64,000 nucleotides of DNA from an uncultured delta proteobacterium. Lineage in GTDB: Bacteria; Bdellovibrionota; FAC87; UBA2466. This document shows positions 19,145 through 29,219 of the stretch, in pieces. Both the position numbers and the translations under genes were made by a program. The stretch's first letter is position 1. Every line of letters starts with the position of its first letter. The stretch covers positions 160,001 to 224,000 of the forward strand of contig CAVZSV010000005.1 in the NCBI GenBank assembly GCA_963778115.1, in the 5' to 3' direction. Under the pieces are notes generated by a model. That model searched no databases, was not told where the DNA came from, and saw nothing but the letters and a program-made list of their open reading frames with translations.

Positions 19145-20855
19145 GGGGTGTTTTAGGGAAGTGAGGTTCCTTTTGCCATAGCTTGTTTAAGCTTTGAGTC
19201 TTTTTGCGGATCATCCACCAGGAGTTAAAGGCATTTTTCCAGGTGGAATAGTTAAAGTATCCCTTTCCTGGAAAGGAATACCGGTTCCAATACCCTAAGC
19301 GAAAGAAGGTCGCTTCATAGGAAAAACTCATAGGCTGGTCAGCACCCAAAAGCGCATCGATTCTTTGAACCAAGGGGATTCTCTTTTTCTTATCAAAGGT
19401 GCTGTCGATTTCAGTCGCTAGTTTGTCGAGTTCCGGATTCTTGTATCCCGCGGTATTAGCACTTCCTTTGATGTCGGCGGCAGTAGAACCCCACACGACG
19501 GCGAAGTCCGCGGGATCGACATCGCGGCTGCGGGCTTGCATCACGGCGTCGAATTGTCGGTCATCGGTGAGCTTGATGGCGGTGGCCCAATCCAGTTGCC
19601 TAATATTAAGCTTAATGCCGACCTTCTTTAGCTCCTCTTGATACAGGGTCAATTGGTTTTGGAGGGAAGGGTTATCAATAAGGACATCGAACTCAAATCT
19701 CTGTCCGTCTTTCACCAAGATACCGTCGGAACCGACCTTGCTCCAGCCGGCCTCTTTTAGGAGTTCTCGGGCCTTTTTCGGATCGAAAGGTAAAGGGTTG
19801 TTCTTGGGCGAATGGTAGACCGAATTAAAAGCGACGGGCCCCGTGGCTCTCTGGTAATTGCCGTAGAAAAGTTCCTTAATCCAGCGCTCGCGATCCATTA
19901 GTTCTGTTAGCGCAATGCGAACTCGCTTGTCTTGAAAAAGAGGCTTTCTCAGATTCCAAACGATTCCCTGAGTGCCGTACTGAGTATCGTTTTCCACTCT
20001 AAGCTTTTTGATATAGTTTTTCTGATAAAGGGGCCCGCTGGTTTCGGTGGACCACATTTTAGACGAGAGAAAGTAAAAATAGTCGAGTTCGCCTTTTTTA
20101 AAAAGTTCGTACTGGACGTTGTAGTCGGGAACGACTCGGTAAACGAGTCTCTCGAAATTATTCATGCCGCGATTTTCCGGCCGATTGATGGCCCAGTAAT
20201 TGGGGTCCCGCTTGAGCACAATTTTTTGCCCCTGAACAAGGGAGTCCAAGACATAGGGGCCGGATCCCAAAATCTTGGTGTGAAAAGCTCTATTAAAATC
20301 GCCCTGAGAATAGAAGTGTTTCGGCAAGATCATAAGACTAGCGACCTTCTCGAAATTTTTAAAGTGAAGCGTTTTGGCTTTGAACTCCACTGTTCTATTG
20401 TCGACTACTTTACAGGATTCAAATGATTCATAGAGGGCTTGTAAGGGGGCGGTCTTATTTTTCTTATCTAAAATAGTATCCCAAGTGAACTTGACGTCTT
20501 GGGCAGTAACCGGCTTCCCATCGGAAAAGTGGGCTTCTTTGTCGAGGACAAAAGTAAAAGTCATTTTATCTTTGGAAATTTTCCATTCAGAAGCAAGTCC
20601 CGGCACAAATTCGTATGTCTGGGGATCTTGATTGAGCAGCGACTCCATGATTTGTCCGTTAATGCCATCGGAAGGCTCGTCGAAGCCCAAATAAAAGAGA
20701 AGGTCTTTGGGATAATCGGGGTAACCTATCGTGAAAGTCCCCCCTTTAATGGCATTGGGGCTACCGTAACTTTTGGCGGTTGCGGCGCAAAGTTTTGCAG
20801 AACTGATAAGCAGAGTTAGAGCGAAAAGGGTTGAGAGAGCACGAAGAGTTTTCAT
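19086..20855 (-). CDS. yejA: Peptide ABC transporter substrate-binding protein (YejA-like); apparent 1-bp frameshift near the C-terminus (probable true stop at 19153)
   Basis: Signal peptide from ATG 20855; PNAIKGG, FSDGKPVTAQDV, GSGPY, FQDKRVRIAL family-5 SBP motifs. Confidence 0.82.
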   Translation of the reverse strand: MKTLRALSTLFALTLLISSAKLCAATAKSYGSPNAIKGGTFTIGYPDYPKDLLFYLGFDEPSDGINGQIMESLLNQDPQTYEFVPGLASEWKISKDKMTFTFVLDKEAHFSDGKPVTAQDVKFTWDTILDKKNKTAPLQALYESFESCKVVDNRTVEFKAKTLHFKNFEKVASLMILPKHFYSQGDFNRAFHTKILGSGPYVLDSLVQGQKIVLKRDPNYWAINRPENRGMNNFERLVYRVVPDYNVQYELFKKGELDYFYFLSSKMWSTETSGPLYQKNYIKKLRVENDTQYGTQGIVWNLRKPLFQDKRVRIALTELMDRERWIKELFYGNYQRATGPVAFNSVYHSPKNNPLPFDPKKARELLKEAGWSKVGSDGILVKDGQRFEFDVLIDNPSLQNQLTLYQEELKKVGIKLNIRQLDWATAIKLTDDRQFDAVMQARSRDVDPADFAVVWGSTAADIKGSANTAGYKNPELDKLATEIDSTFDKKKRIPLVQRIDALLGADQPMSFSYEATFFRLGYWNRYSFPGKGYFNYSTWKNAFNSWWMIRKKTQSLNKLWQKEPHFPKTPHGSVLSQTDPVFRSYTDRH

Positions 20856-20886
20856 AGAAGAAGTATAGCTCGCTTCACGGCCCGTG

Positions 20887-21297
20887 TCATGAAACAAGCT
20901 TTAGCACGGAGTCCCGAATGACGGCGTGATAGTCAAGAATTTGGAGTAGTTTTGAAACATCGACCCATTGCACTCCTAGAACAATAGAGGAACGCTCAGC
21001 GAGAACCGGCTCAACCGATAAAAGCTCTGCCCTATAAAAATGAGTCAAGCAGGGGTAGTTTTTCCCGGCCCATAGGAATTCGTACTGGGCGGTCAGTTCA
21101 GAGGCGACAAGGATCGAAACCTCGTAACCGGTCTCCTCCTTAGTTTCTCTGACTGCCGCTTGGATAGGAGTCTCTCCCGCTTCGACCATGCCTCCGGGTG
21201 GAAAAAGATAGATCTTTCCCGAAACCGGATCTCGCATCTTTACCACGAGTAGTTTATTGGAGCGGACGACTACCGTGGTGGCTCGGGTTCTAGTCAT
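20887..21297 (-). CDS. NUDIX hydrolase
   Basis: Nudix box GGMVEAGETPIQAAVRETKEETG. Confidence 0.9.
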   Translation of the reverse strand: MTRTRATTVVVRSNKLLVVKMRDPVSGKIYLFPPGGMVEAGETPIQAAVRETKEETGYEVSILVASELTAQYEFLWAGKNYPCLTHFYRAELLSVEPVLAERSSIVLGVQWVDVSKLLQILDYHAVIRDSVLKLVS

Positions 21298-21298
21298 T

Positions 21299-21901
21299 CT
21301 AGAAGCCAACCCCGATCGTTCCCGTTCCTTCCCCCACGGCTTGGTAAGCGGCTCCCAGAAGTTGATGAAACGAAACGCCTCCCTCAGCGCCTAGGAAAGC
21401 AACTTCGTTTACCGTCCAGCGGGCGCCCAATTTACCAGTCAAAACCTGAGTCGGGGCTGAAGCTGCGACGTCAATAAGGGCTTTGCCTCCGATATAGATT
21501 TCGAAATGGTCGTTAAATCTCCGGCCAATCGTGAGGTTGGGGGCAATCACAAATCTGTCGGACCAGTCTCTGTTATTTAGCAGATCGATCCGAAAAATGT
21601 CGGCCACACCGGTTTGCACTCCCACGGCAAGGGCGATTCCATGGCGTTCCGATCGCAAGATACCAAGCCTAGCCCCGATCAAAGCCGTGTAGACCTCCCA
21701 TTGGACTCCGGCCTCAAGCCAAGAAGTTAGGCCGACATCGGCTTTAAGCACCGGCAATAGCTCGGGAATGGTACTTATGGCGGCCCCCGCCTGAATTTCA
21801 ACTCGTCCCTGAGGCAGATTATCGGCGGGACGCAGCACGGAATAGGTTCCACACCGACAGAGCAATAAAAGCAAAGAAAGAAGAGCGATTCGCGCAGGCA
21901 T
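21299..21901 (-). CDS. Hypothetical exported protein (possible lipoprotein or beta-barrel)
   Basis: Hydrophobic N-terminus ending in Cys, amphipathic beta-like segments, terminal Phe. Confidence 0.6.
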   Translation of the reverse strand: MPARIALLSLLLLLCRCGTYSVLRPADNLPQGRVEIQAGAAISTIPELLPVLKADVGLTSWLEAGVQWEVYTALIGARLGILRSERHGIALAVGVQTGVADIFRIDLLNNRDWSDRFVIAPNLTIGRRFNDHFEIYIGGKALIDVAASAPTQVLTGKLGARWTVNEVAFLGAEGGVSFHQLLGAAYQAVGEGTGTIGVGF

Positions 21902-22075
21902 GACGCGTTAAACCATTCTGAGGGAGTAAAATCAAGGGGGCGAGTTGACTTAGCACTAGGCCGAATTTCGGACGCCTATGGGTAGCGATTCAAGCCCCAC
22001 ACGGGCTACTCCCGCACGAATTTGCGACTCGGATCTTGCACGGTTGGCGAGCCCATAGCAACGCGGAGGTGAGTT

Positions 22076-22315
22076 ATGACCGGTCGATTTTGTCATCTTA
22101 AAACACAGACCATATTGGCTCTTATCGAACACCAAGGGCTAAAACTCTGGTGGGTCGCCGAGTTTAGCGGCATTCATAGGACGACATTACGGCGCTGGCT
22201 TTCGGGTAAATTTACGGCGATCGATGTGGCGCGGGCTCGTCGACTCGCCGCAACACTTAACACGCGGCTAGACGAAATAATTTGGTGTCATAACGGTGTC
22301 GCCCCAAAGGCTTGA
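22076..22315 (+). CDS. Small XRE/Cro-like helix-turn-helix protein
   Basis: GGAGG RBS; VAEFSGIHRTTLRRWLSG...LAATLNTRLDEI HTH pattern. Confidence 0.75.
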   Translation: MTGRFCHLKTQTILALIEHQGLKLWWVAEFSGIHRTTLRRWLSGKFTAIDVARARRLAATLNTRLDEIIWCHNGVAPKA

Positions 22316-22410
22316 TGGCAAACCGTTAACGCGGTTGGGCTTGCTACAAGGGGGCTCGGTCCCTAAGTGTAGAAGCATCAGGTCATTAGCTCATTTGGGG
22401 AGGGGATTAA

Positions 22411-23037
22411 ATGAACAAAATGCGTCTACTACCCGCGGTTTTCGCGGGCTTTATGGGTCTATTTTCTGTTACCGGCTATGCTTTCCATGCATCCGATTTT
22501 CAGTGGGATCGTTTCTCCGATGATTTCGTCATGGACAAAGATACTTTCCACGGAGATTGGAAAAATTCCGAAACGTGGAAAGGACTCATTTGCAATGGCA
22601 AGTTCGATGCGACGGCAACACTTAAAGGTAGGGTAGGAGATGTGGATTTTAAGTTGAACGAAGACGAGTCGCTCAGTGCGACGGCCGATTTGAGAGACAT
22701 TGTGGCAGACCTTTCAGGCGATTACCGTTCGGAAATTTCGGCCTGTCTGGCTTTACCTTTCGAGCATGAAATTTCAGTCGATCGTATCGATGTCGCGGCT
22801 CATGTGACCTTTACCGATAAGGGGGCCAATGTGCCACCCGATCTGCACATTCAAGTATTAAGTACGACACTAGGAAAAGTGACCTACGCCCAATGGTTGC
22901 CGGCGTGGTTCCAAGATTTCATGACCAATAAGCTTAACGAAGGACTTAAGCTAGTATGGTCAACCTCGTTGGGAGAGCGGATCAACGATTATATTTCTGA
23001 GCAGATCGCAAAATCCATACCGCATAAAATAAAATAG
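22411..23037 (+). CDS. Hypothetical secreted protein
   Basis: GGAGG RBS and signal peptide; 208 aa. Confidence 0.7.
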   Translation: MNKMRLLPAVFAGFMGLFSVTGYAFHASDFQWDRFSDDFVMDKDTFHGDWKNSETWKGLICNGKFDATATLKGRVGDVDFKLNEDESLSATADLRDIVADLSGDYRSEISACLALPFEHEISVDRIDVAAHVTFTDKGANVPPDLHIQVLSTTLGKVTYAQWLPAWFQDFMTNKLNEGLKLVWSTSLGERINDYISEQIAKSIPHKIK

Positions 23038-23060
23038 CGCGATAGGGGCTATCTACTACG

Positions 23061-23543
23061 ATGAAAACAAGTATCGGGGCTAAATTTAAACTCACTTCGA
23101 TTGGCCTTGCCGCCATTGCCGTTGTGATAGGCAGCTCGTGGGCGATTTATACTCTGATACGGGTTCAACATTTCACACAAAATCGGGAGCCGGCGGCCAT
23201 AAAAGAAGCGCCGGCTCCCGTAGTGGTGGCCCCTTTCGAATTTAGTTACGAACTAACCAACCTCTCGATGCAGGTTACGGATGAGACAGGCCGCCATTCG
23301 GGGTATGTTCAATTTTCAATGACCCTTGAAATGCCGAATGCCGAAGCAAAGCACTGGATGGAATTGAACCGCGCCAAACTCATTTCGATAGTAATCGATG
23401 CGGGAAACCATTTCTCCATCGATGACTTAAAGCATGCAGAGGGGATGGACCGTTTTAAAAAGAGAATTGCTCGCGTGTATTCTGAAGAATTCAAAGCTTA
23501 CGCCCCCAAGAGTCTTACCATTCAAGATTGGGTAATGAATTAA
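23061..23543 (+). CDS. fliL: FliL-like protein (divergent copy)
   Basis: N-terminal TM; YVQFSMTLE and DDLKHAEGMDRFKKRI pattern typical of the FliL domain. Confidence 0.6.
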   Translation: MKTSIGAKFKLTSIGLAAIAVVIGSSWAIYTLIRVQHFTQNREPAAIKEAPAPVVVAPFEFSYELTNLSMQVTDETGRHSGYVQFSMTLEMPNAEAKHWMELNRAKLISIVIDAGNHFSIDDLKHAEGMDRFKKRIARVYSEEFKAYAPKSLTIQDWVMN

Positions 23544-23744
23544 ATTTCGTCGTGGACAACGCCTCGTGTATTCCGCCTGATCCCACTTCGTTCGACAAAA
23601 ATTGTCATTCCTAATGTCTGCGGTCCAGACGGGCTTTTAAAAAAAACTTAATACTTACTGGGGGTGCGCAATGTGGCACGCGTTGCATTGTTATTACATA
23701 GGTCTTCGGACCCAGAACGACAAGTTGGAAGGAATTTGGTCTTT

Positions 23745-24131
23745 ATGCGCAAGTGGATGTCGCTCGCAGTCGGCTGTTTGCTGTTGATGTTTGCCGCTTG
23801 TGGGAAAAATGATGGATTTAGCTCTGTGCCAAACGGCTATTCGGGATATGGCTATAGCCAACCTCCGACGAATTTGCCGTTACCTCCACAGAACTATCCT
23901 CCGCCCTATTCAGGAATGCCCCAGCAATTTGGTCCGGCCTATGGGTACTTCGCCCAGCAGCCTCAGTACCTTCCTTACTGGAATAATCTGTGGCAGGGCT
24001 GGCAGAATTATGCCAATCAGGTCAATGTAAACGTCTACGACTGGAATGGTTTCTGGAACGGCTATTGTGCTCAGACGTATCCCGGTTTTTACGACTATCT
24101 CAATATTAATATCTACGAATCGGGCGATTGA
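23745..24131 (+). CDS. Tyr/Pro/Gln/Asn/Gly-rich lipoprotein
   Basis: Lipobox-like FAAC after MRKWMSLAVGCLLLM; low-complexity mature region. Confidence 0.65.
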   Translation: MRKWMSLAVGCLLLMFAACGKNDGFSSVPNGYSGYGYSQPPTNLPLPPQNYPPPYSGMPQQFGPAYGYFAQQPQYLPYWNNLWQGWQNYANQVNVNVYDWNGFWNGYCAQTYPGFYDYLNINIYESGD

Positions 24132-24424
24132 GCCAGGTATGCTCACGCTCAAGTCCAAGTGTTAGGTTGAAGTTCCGGCCTAGGACCGGATTGCTAAGGT
24201 GAAGTTGGACGCTAACCTTCCGTGAACGTGAACTCTCACTTCGTCGTGAGTCCTTTGCGAAGGTCTAGCCCCTGCTTTAGCCCCTCGCGCTAGCTCTATT
24301 ACCTAGACCTAATTCTTCTGCTTCTTCCATGAGTGCCGCACTACTCGACGCCAAAACCATGACGCTTCGTCGGTGACTCTGACGTAGCCGGTTAAGAAAG
24401 TTCAATGGTTTCGCTACGTGTCCT

Positions 24425-24440
24425 CGGCACCAGGCTTGCA
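24425..24440 (+). promoter_or_regulatory. Sigma54 promoter of the fliL-fliA operon
   Basis: CGGCAC-CAGGC-TTGCA about 36 bp upstream of the fliL ATG. Confidence 0.7.
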
Positions 24441-24475
24441 ATCTTCGTGCGTGGTTATCCTCTAAGGGGGCATTC

Positions 24476-25054
24476 ATGGCGGAAGCACAAGCTAAGAAAA
24501 ACAACAAAGACATTCCCGCTGAAGGGGCCGCGGCAATTTCTGCGGCTGCAAAGAAGACCGATGTGTTGGGGCTCGCTATTCTAGCCCTAGTCGGGGTCAA
24601 CGTTCTGGCTTTGGGGGGAATGGGATATTTCATGCAGAAGCTGTGGGTCAGAATGCACGAAGTGCAAGCCATGGCGGCAAAGAAAGCGGTTCCCGCAGCT
24701 TCTACGGACGAACCTTCTAATAGCGTCGGTAAGGAGTTACAGCCGCAGAATTTAGGAGTCCTTTATTCCCTCGATGGATTTCTGGTAAACGTAAATTCCG
24801 ATCAGGGCTCAAAATTTTTACAGGTCCAGTTTGAACTGGAGCTTAGCGATCCCGCCCTTGAAGACGAGGTCTCCCGAAAGAAAGCGGCCATTCGAGATGC
24901 CGTTATCGTTCTTTTAACGAGCCGAAGTTACAAAGAGCTAAAAGCGGCCAACGGCCTCGTCGTGCTGCGAGCCGATATCATGCAGGCTATCAATCATTTG
25001 CTCTCCAGCGGAAAAGTAAAAGACGTTTACTTTACTCAATATCACTTCAATTAA
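24476..25054 (+). CDS. fliL: Flagellar basal body-associated protein FliL
   Basis: TM, FLVNV, IRDAVIVLLTS, VYFTQYHFN; first gene before fliM. Confidence 0.9.
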   Translation: MAEAQAKKNNKDIPAEGAAAISAAAKKTDVLGLAILALVGVNVLALGGMGYFMQKLWVRMHEVQAMAAKKAVPAASTDEPSNSVGKELQPQNLGVLYSLDGFLVNVNSDQGSKFLQVQFELELSDPALEDEVSRKKAAIRDAVIVLLTSRSYKELKAANGLVVLRADIMQAINHLLSSGKVKDVYFTQYHFN

Positions 25055-25092
25055 GCGTTCCAACCCATTGATTCCAGACTGAGGTAAGAAAA

Positions 25093-26091
25093 ATGGCAGA
25101 AGTCCTGTCGCAAACAGAAATCGACGCCCTTTTAGCCGCTGTTTCGGCGGGAAATGTCGAGACGCAAGAGACTCCTCACGCAACAGCCACCGGCGGCAAG
25201 GACTGGATCGCTTACGATCTTACGAGTCATGAAAAAGTAGTGGGCTCTCGTCTGGTGGGGCTTCAAGGAATTCATGAGCGGTTTTCGAGACTCTTTAGAG
25301 CAACCCTGTCCACTGCTCTTAAGAAAAGTGTCGTTGTGACTTGTACTAACACCGACTTCATCCACTTTTCCGATTATCTAGCCAATATCCTTCTCCCAAC
25401 GTCATTAAATGTTATCGAAATGACCAATCTAAAGGGGTTCATGATTCTAGTCATGAGCAGCAAGCTTACCTATGCTTTGGTGGATGCTTACTACGGGGGG
25501 TCGGAGAGGCCGTTTTCGAAAATCGGGGGGCGCGAAGAATTTACTACGATTGAAAGTAATATGATCCAAAAGATAAGTGAAATGGCGATTCGCGATATGC
25601 AGGAGGCCTGGAAGCTCAATTATCCGCTAGAGCTCAAATACACGCGCTCCGAAAGTAATCCGCATTTCGTGGGGAGCATTCACGGATCGGAGACTGTCGC
25701 CATTGTTACTTTTGACGTTGAATTTGAGAATCTCTCTGGATCCTTCGTTGTTATTCTACAAGTTCGGCCTTTAGATCCCATCCAGCAGAATCTTTCCGTA
25801 AATGTTCTTGCCGAAGTGACGGGCGAGGGTGATTCCTGGAAGGAGCACTGGTTAACGGAATTAAACTCACTCCCTCTGGAGCTTTCCGTGGAATTGGGTA
25901 CCACCCGCAAAGCGCTCAGTGAGCTCAATGCCATGAAGCCCGGAGATGTCTTACCTCTTTCACAAGATGCCGCGAGCCCTCTCAACGGTTCTTTAGAAGG
26001 AGTGGTAAAGCTGGAAGGTTTGATGGGCATTTGCCGAGGAAATCGAGCGATTCGCCTTACGAACTTTGTGGATAGCCGCAAGACTAACTAA
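25093..26091 (+). CDS. fliM: Flagellar motor switch protein FliM
   Basis: N-terminal VLSQTEIDALL CheY-binding motif, REEFTTIE, C-terminal SpoA domain. Confidence 0.93.
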   Translation: MAEVLSQTEIDALLAAVSAGNVETQETPHATATGGKDWIAYDLTSHEKVVGSRLVGLQGIHERFSRLFRATLSTALKKSVVVTCTNTDFIHFSDYLANILLPTSLNVIEMTNLKGFMILVMSSKLTYALVDAYYGGSERPFSKIGGREEFTTIESNMIQKISEMAIRDMQEAWKLNYPLELKYTRSESNPHFVGSIHGSETVAIVTFDVEFENLSGSFVVILQVRPLDPIQQNLSVNVLAEVTGEGDSWKEHWLTELNSLPLELSVELGTTRKALSELNAMKPGDVLPLSQDAASPLNGSLEGVVKLEGLMGICRGNRAIRLTNFVDSRKTN

Positions 26092-26120
26092 TCTTTTTAT
26101 TCCAATCGGGGGAAGTTAAC

Positions 26121-26474
26121 ATGGACAGCGTAAAAACACCTAAGCCAGAAACCAACACACCGGAAGCGGATTCCTCACAGCCGCCGCTTAAGCTAGTCAA
26201 TCAACCAGCGGAGCCCAATCTAGATTTTGTGTTGGATATCCCGCTGAGAGTCGCCGTGGAATTGGGACGAACCAAAATATTGGTGCAAGATCTATTAAAA
26301 CTGCATAAAGGCTCGGTGATTGAACTCAGTAAAATGGCGGGCGAACCTTTAGAGATCTTAGTCAACGATCGTGTCGTGGCCCGAGGAGAAGTCATCGTGG
26401 TGAACGACAAGTTTGGTATTCGTTTGACCGATATCGTAAGCCATACGCAACGAATTCGCCAGTTGGGAGATTGA
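26121..26474 (+). CDS. fliN: Flagellar motor switch protein FliN
   Basis: LDIPLRVAVELGRT...ARGEVIVVNDKFGIRLTDI. Confidence 0.96.
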   Translation: MDSVKTPKPETNTPEADSSQPPLKLVNQPAEPNLDFVLDIPLRVAVELGRTKILVQDLLKLHKGSVIELSKMAGEPLEILVNDRVVARGEVIVVNDKFGIRLTDIVSHTQRIRQLGD

Positions 26475-26475
26475 A

Positions 26476-27321
26476 ATGAATAGAGTCACAACCAGTTACT
26501 TGGTAGCAATCGCCTTATTAACGACTGCTATTGCATTTGGGTCGGAGCTGGTTTCCTCGGTAAAAGTATCGGGAACCGATCAAGCCGATGTCCTTTTCAC
26601 GATCGGCAAGCTTAATAGCCTTCCTGAGATGCATATTGAAAATAACGTCGTGGAATTGACGTTTAACGACGCGCAAATCGATGAAGGGATTAGCGATAAC
26701 CACGAACTGAGCGCACCCCATTCGTTGATTCGGCGAATTGGAACATACGCCATTGACAAGAGTACGGTGAAATCTCGCATCGTCATCAACGGAAGTTCCG
26801 AAGAACTTTCCCATCGAGTGCACCTTTCCAAAGAAGGGGGATCGGTAAAGCTCTCCATTGAGTTCCCCAAAGGGGCGGCTACGGCGGCTAGCTTTTTGCG
26901 GGACGAGGAGCTTCCTTTAGCATCGTTCAATAGTCCGGCGAAACCCATCGTGGCCTCTCCCAGCGGAGCTCAGTTTGTCCTTGTGATCTTAGTCTTTCTC
27001 GCCGCGGGTGCAGCGACTTACTTTTTCGCGCGGTTTTTAAAGCAACGAGGACAGATTAAAGGAACCCGCAAGTATCTGATCGAACAACTAAGCTATTGCC
27101 CCATTGGTAATAAAGCGGGCGTGTCCCTGCTAAAGATTGGAAATGAGTTTGTTTTGGTTGGGGTGACGTCACAGACGATTTCGATGCTTTCTAATCTCCC
27201 CAAACTTCAGGAACAATACGAAGGAGAGAGCGTTTTGGAAAGAAAAGATTTTAAGGTCGCTGTCGAAGAAGAATTTGGACGTCTTAAGAAGTTTACGCAA
27301 AGTGCAAGGGTGAGTTCATGA
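26476..27321 (+). CDS. fliO: Flagellar biosynthesis protein FliO with an N-terminal periplasmic extension
   Basis: Position between fliN and fliP; TM followed by the PIGNKAGVSLLKIGNEFVLVGVT FliO motif. Confidence 0.8.
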   Translation: MNRVTTSYLVAIALLTTAIAFGSELVSSVKVSGTDQADVLFTIGKLNSLPEMHIENNVVELTFNDAQIDEGISDNHELSAPHSLIRRIGTYAIDKSTVKSRIVINGSSEELSHRVHLSKEGGSVKLSIEFPKGAATAASFLRDEELPLASFNSPAKPIVASPSGAQFVLVILVFLAAGAATYFFARFLKQRGQIKGTRKYLIEQLSYCPIGNKAGVSLLKIGNEFVLVGVTSQTISMLSNLPKLQEQYEGESVLERKDFKVAVEEEFGRLKKFTQSARVSS

Positions 27322-28079
27322 CGGGTCTATTCGGTCTGCTTGCCCCTTTGTTCGGCTTGTCGATAACGCCGAGCTTTGCCAAAAACGTTGCTTCCCTTAG
27401 TTCCGCTATCCCTCCTCTTCAAATCTCACTGGGAGGGGCTACGAGCCCCGAGCAAACCGCCGTGGTGCTCAAGATTCTAGCCCTTCTGACTATCCTAGCC
27501 TTGGCACCTTCGATTCTCATTATGATGACCTCTTTCGTTCGGATCGTAATTGTCCTTTCCTTTTTGAGGCAAGCCATCGGCACTCAGATGCTTCCTCCGA
27601 ATCAGTTAGTAGTCGCGCTGGCCCTTTTTTTGACGGCTTTCATTATGGCGCCCGTGTGGCAGACCGTCTCTACCCAAGCTCTGACTCCCTATCTCGATGG
27701 AAAGATGAGCCAGACCGAAGCGCTGTCTATTTCAGAAGGGGCGATTCGCCAATTCATGTTTAAGCAAACTCGAGACAAAGATCTGGGGCTTTTTGTGAAG
27801 CTTGCTAAGTTAGAACAGCCCAAAGTGCGTTCGGATGTTCCTACGTATTTACTGATTCCGGCCTTTATGATTTCGGAATTAAAGACGGCATTTCAAATTG
27901 GCTTTATGATCTATATTCCCTTCCTCGTTCTCGATATGGTTGTCGCAGCCGTTCTGATGGCGATGGGAATGATGATGCTTCCGCCGGTTATCATCTCTTT
28001 ACCTTTTAAACTCATACTTTTCGTTCTAGTCGACGGGTGGGGGCTCATCATTGGCTCGCTCGTACGAAGTTTTGGTTGA
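27318..28079 (+). CDS. fliP: Flagellar export pore protein FliP
   Basis: MTSFVRIVIVL, PPNQ, PAFMISELKTAF, LPFKLILFVLVDGW. Confidence 0.97.
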   Translation: MTGLFGLLAPLFGLSITPSFAKNVASLSSAIPPLQISLGGATSPEQTAVVLKILALLTILALAPSILIMMTSFVRIVIVLSFLRQAIGTQMLPPNQLVVALALFLTAFIMAPVWQTVSTQALTPYLDGKMSQTEALSISEGAIRQFMFKQTRDKDLGLFVKLAKLEQPKVRSDVPTYLLIPAFMISELKTAFQIGFMIYIPFLVLDMVVAAVLMAMGMMMLPPVIISLPFKLILFVLVDGWGLIIGSLVRSFG

Positions 28080-28116
28080 AGTTTCTCATTTCTCATTAGC
28101 TCATTAGGGGGGCTCT

Positions 28117-28386
28117 ATGCAATCCGAACAAGTTTTAGATATTACCAGACAAGCCATCAAGATCGCCGTAATGCTATCGGCTCCTTTGTTACTTTTCGGA
28201 CTCGTTGTCGGTGTGCTGGTGAACGTTTTCCAGGCTGTCACTCAGATCAGTGAAACGACCCTCCAAGTCGTTCCCAAGATGGCCGCGATGTTGCTTGCTT
28301 TGGTCTTGTTTGCGCCTTGGATGACCGACATTATCACCGATTTTACCGTTCAGATTTTTGAAAGCATTCCTCACATTATTCGCTAA
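28117..28386 (+). CDS. fliQ: Flagellar export protein FliQ
   Basis: FQAVTQISETTLQVVPK. Confidence 0.95.
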   Translation: MQSEQVLDITRQAIKIAVMLSAPLLLFGLVVGVLVNVFQAVTQISETTLQVVPKMAAMLLALVLFAPWMTDIITDFTVQIFESIPHIIR

Positions 28387-28399
28387 GTGAAAAACACCC

Positions 28400-29185
28400 A
28401 TGACAGACCTGTATCCCCGAAATTGGATGGAGTATCTAAATATCCTCCAAATCTTTTTGCGAATGATGGGACTGTTTTTGCTTCTGCCTGGGTTTTCTCA
28501 AGATAATATTCCTCCTCGCGTAAAAATCCTCTTCTCCTTGGTGCTTTCCTTGGCACTCTATCCCATGCTGAAGCACAATATTGCACCCCTTCCCGAATCG
28601 TTAGGGGGGCTAGCCGGAATCGCCTTGCGGGAATCCTGTATAGGATTACTCATGGGGTTTGCAAGCTATGTCACGTTTCAGGGAGTGGCTCTGGCCGCCC
28701 AATTTATCGGCACTCAAATGGGGTTTGGAGCCGCGGGCCTTGTGGATCCTATCAATCAGTCCCAGACCTCTATCCTAGTGGCTTTGCAGGGTTGGCTAAT
28801 CCTGATGGTCTTTTTCTTTACCGACATGCATCATCGCGTGTTGCAGCTTTTTGTGATGAGTTTTGATGTCACTCATCAGATTCCCGTTCATGCCTTTGCG
28901 ACTTCGGAGGTATTGACCGAGTTTATTCGTATTACCGGAAAGATTTTCATCATGGCCGTTCAGATGGCGGCCCCGTTTACCTTACTTATCTTAGCGACCA
29001 ATGTCGCGGTGGGGATTTTAGCTCGAATGCTACCTCAGATGAATATTTTGTTATTCAGTTTTCCCATTACGATCTTATTGGGACTTTGCGCTATTTATCT
29101 GGTGGCTCCCGAAATGCTTTATTACATGGAAAACGTATTGTCGGAGATGTTGGGCGACATGGTGTCGATGATGAAGATGGTCTAG
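28400..29185 (+). CDS. fliR: Flagellar export protein FliR
   Basis: IPPRVK, QMGFG, LARMLPQMNI. Confidence 0.93.
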   Translation: MTDLYPRNWMEYLNILQIFLRMMGLFLLLPGFSQDNIPPRVKILFSLVLSLALYPMLKHNIAPLPESLGGLAGIALRESCIGLLMGFASYVTFQGVALAAQFIGTQMGFGAAGLVDPINQSQTSILVALQGWLILMVFFFTDMHHRVLQLFVMSFDVTHQIPVHAFATSEVLTEFIRITGKIFIMAVQMAAPFTLLILATNVAVGILARMLPQMNILLFSFPITILLGLCAIYLVAPEMLYYMENVLSEMLGDMVSMMKMV

Positions 29186-29219
29186 GGATAAGTTCGTTAC
29201 GTAATCCAACAAAAACAAC

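Noticed and set aside
23674..23687. Sigma54 promoter TGGCACGCGTTGCA upstream of the lipoprotein gene
   Set aside because: The spacing between the GG and GC elements is 2 bp shorter than the strict -24/-12 requirement
24132..24424. Possible ncRNA or tRNA in the gap before fliL
   Set aside because: No cloverleaf, T-loop or riboswitch consensus could be recognised by eye; an Rfam scan would be needed
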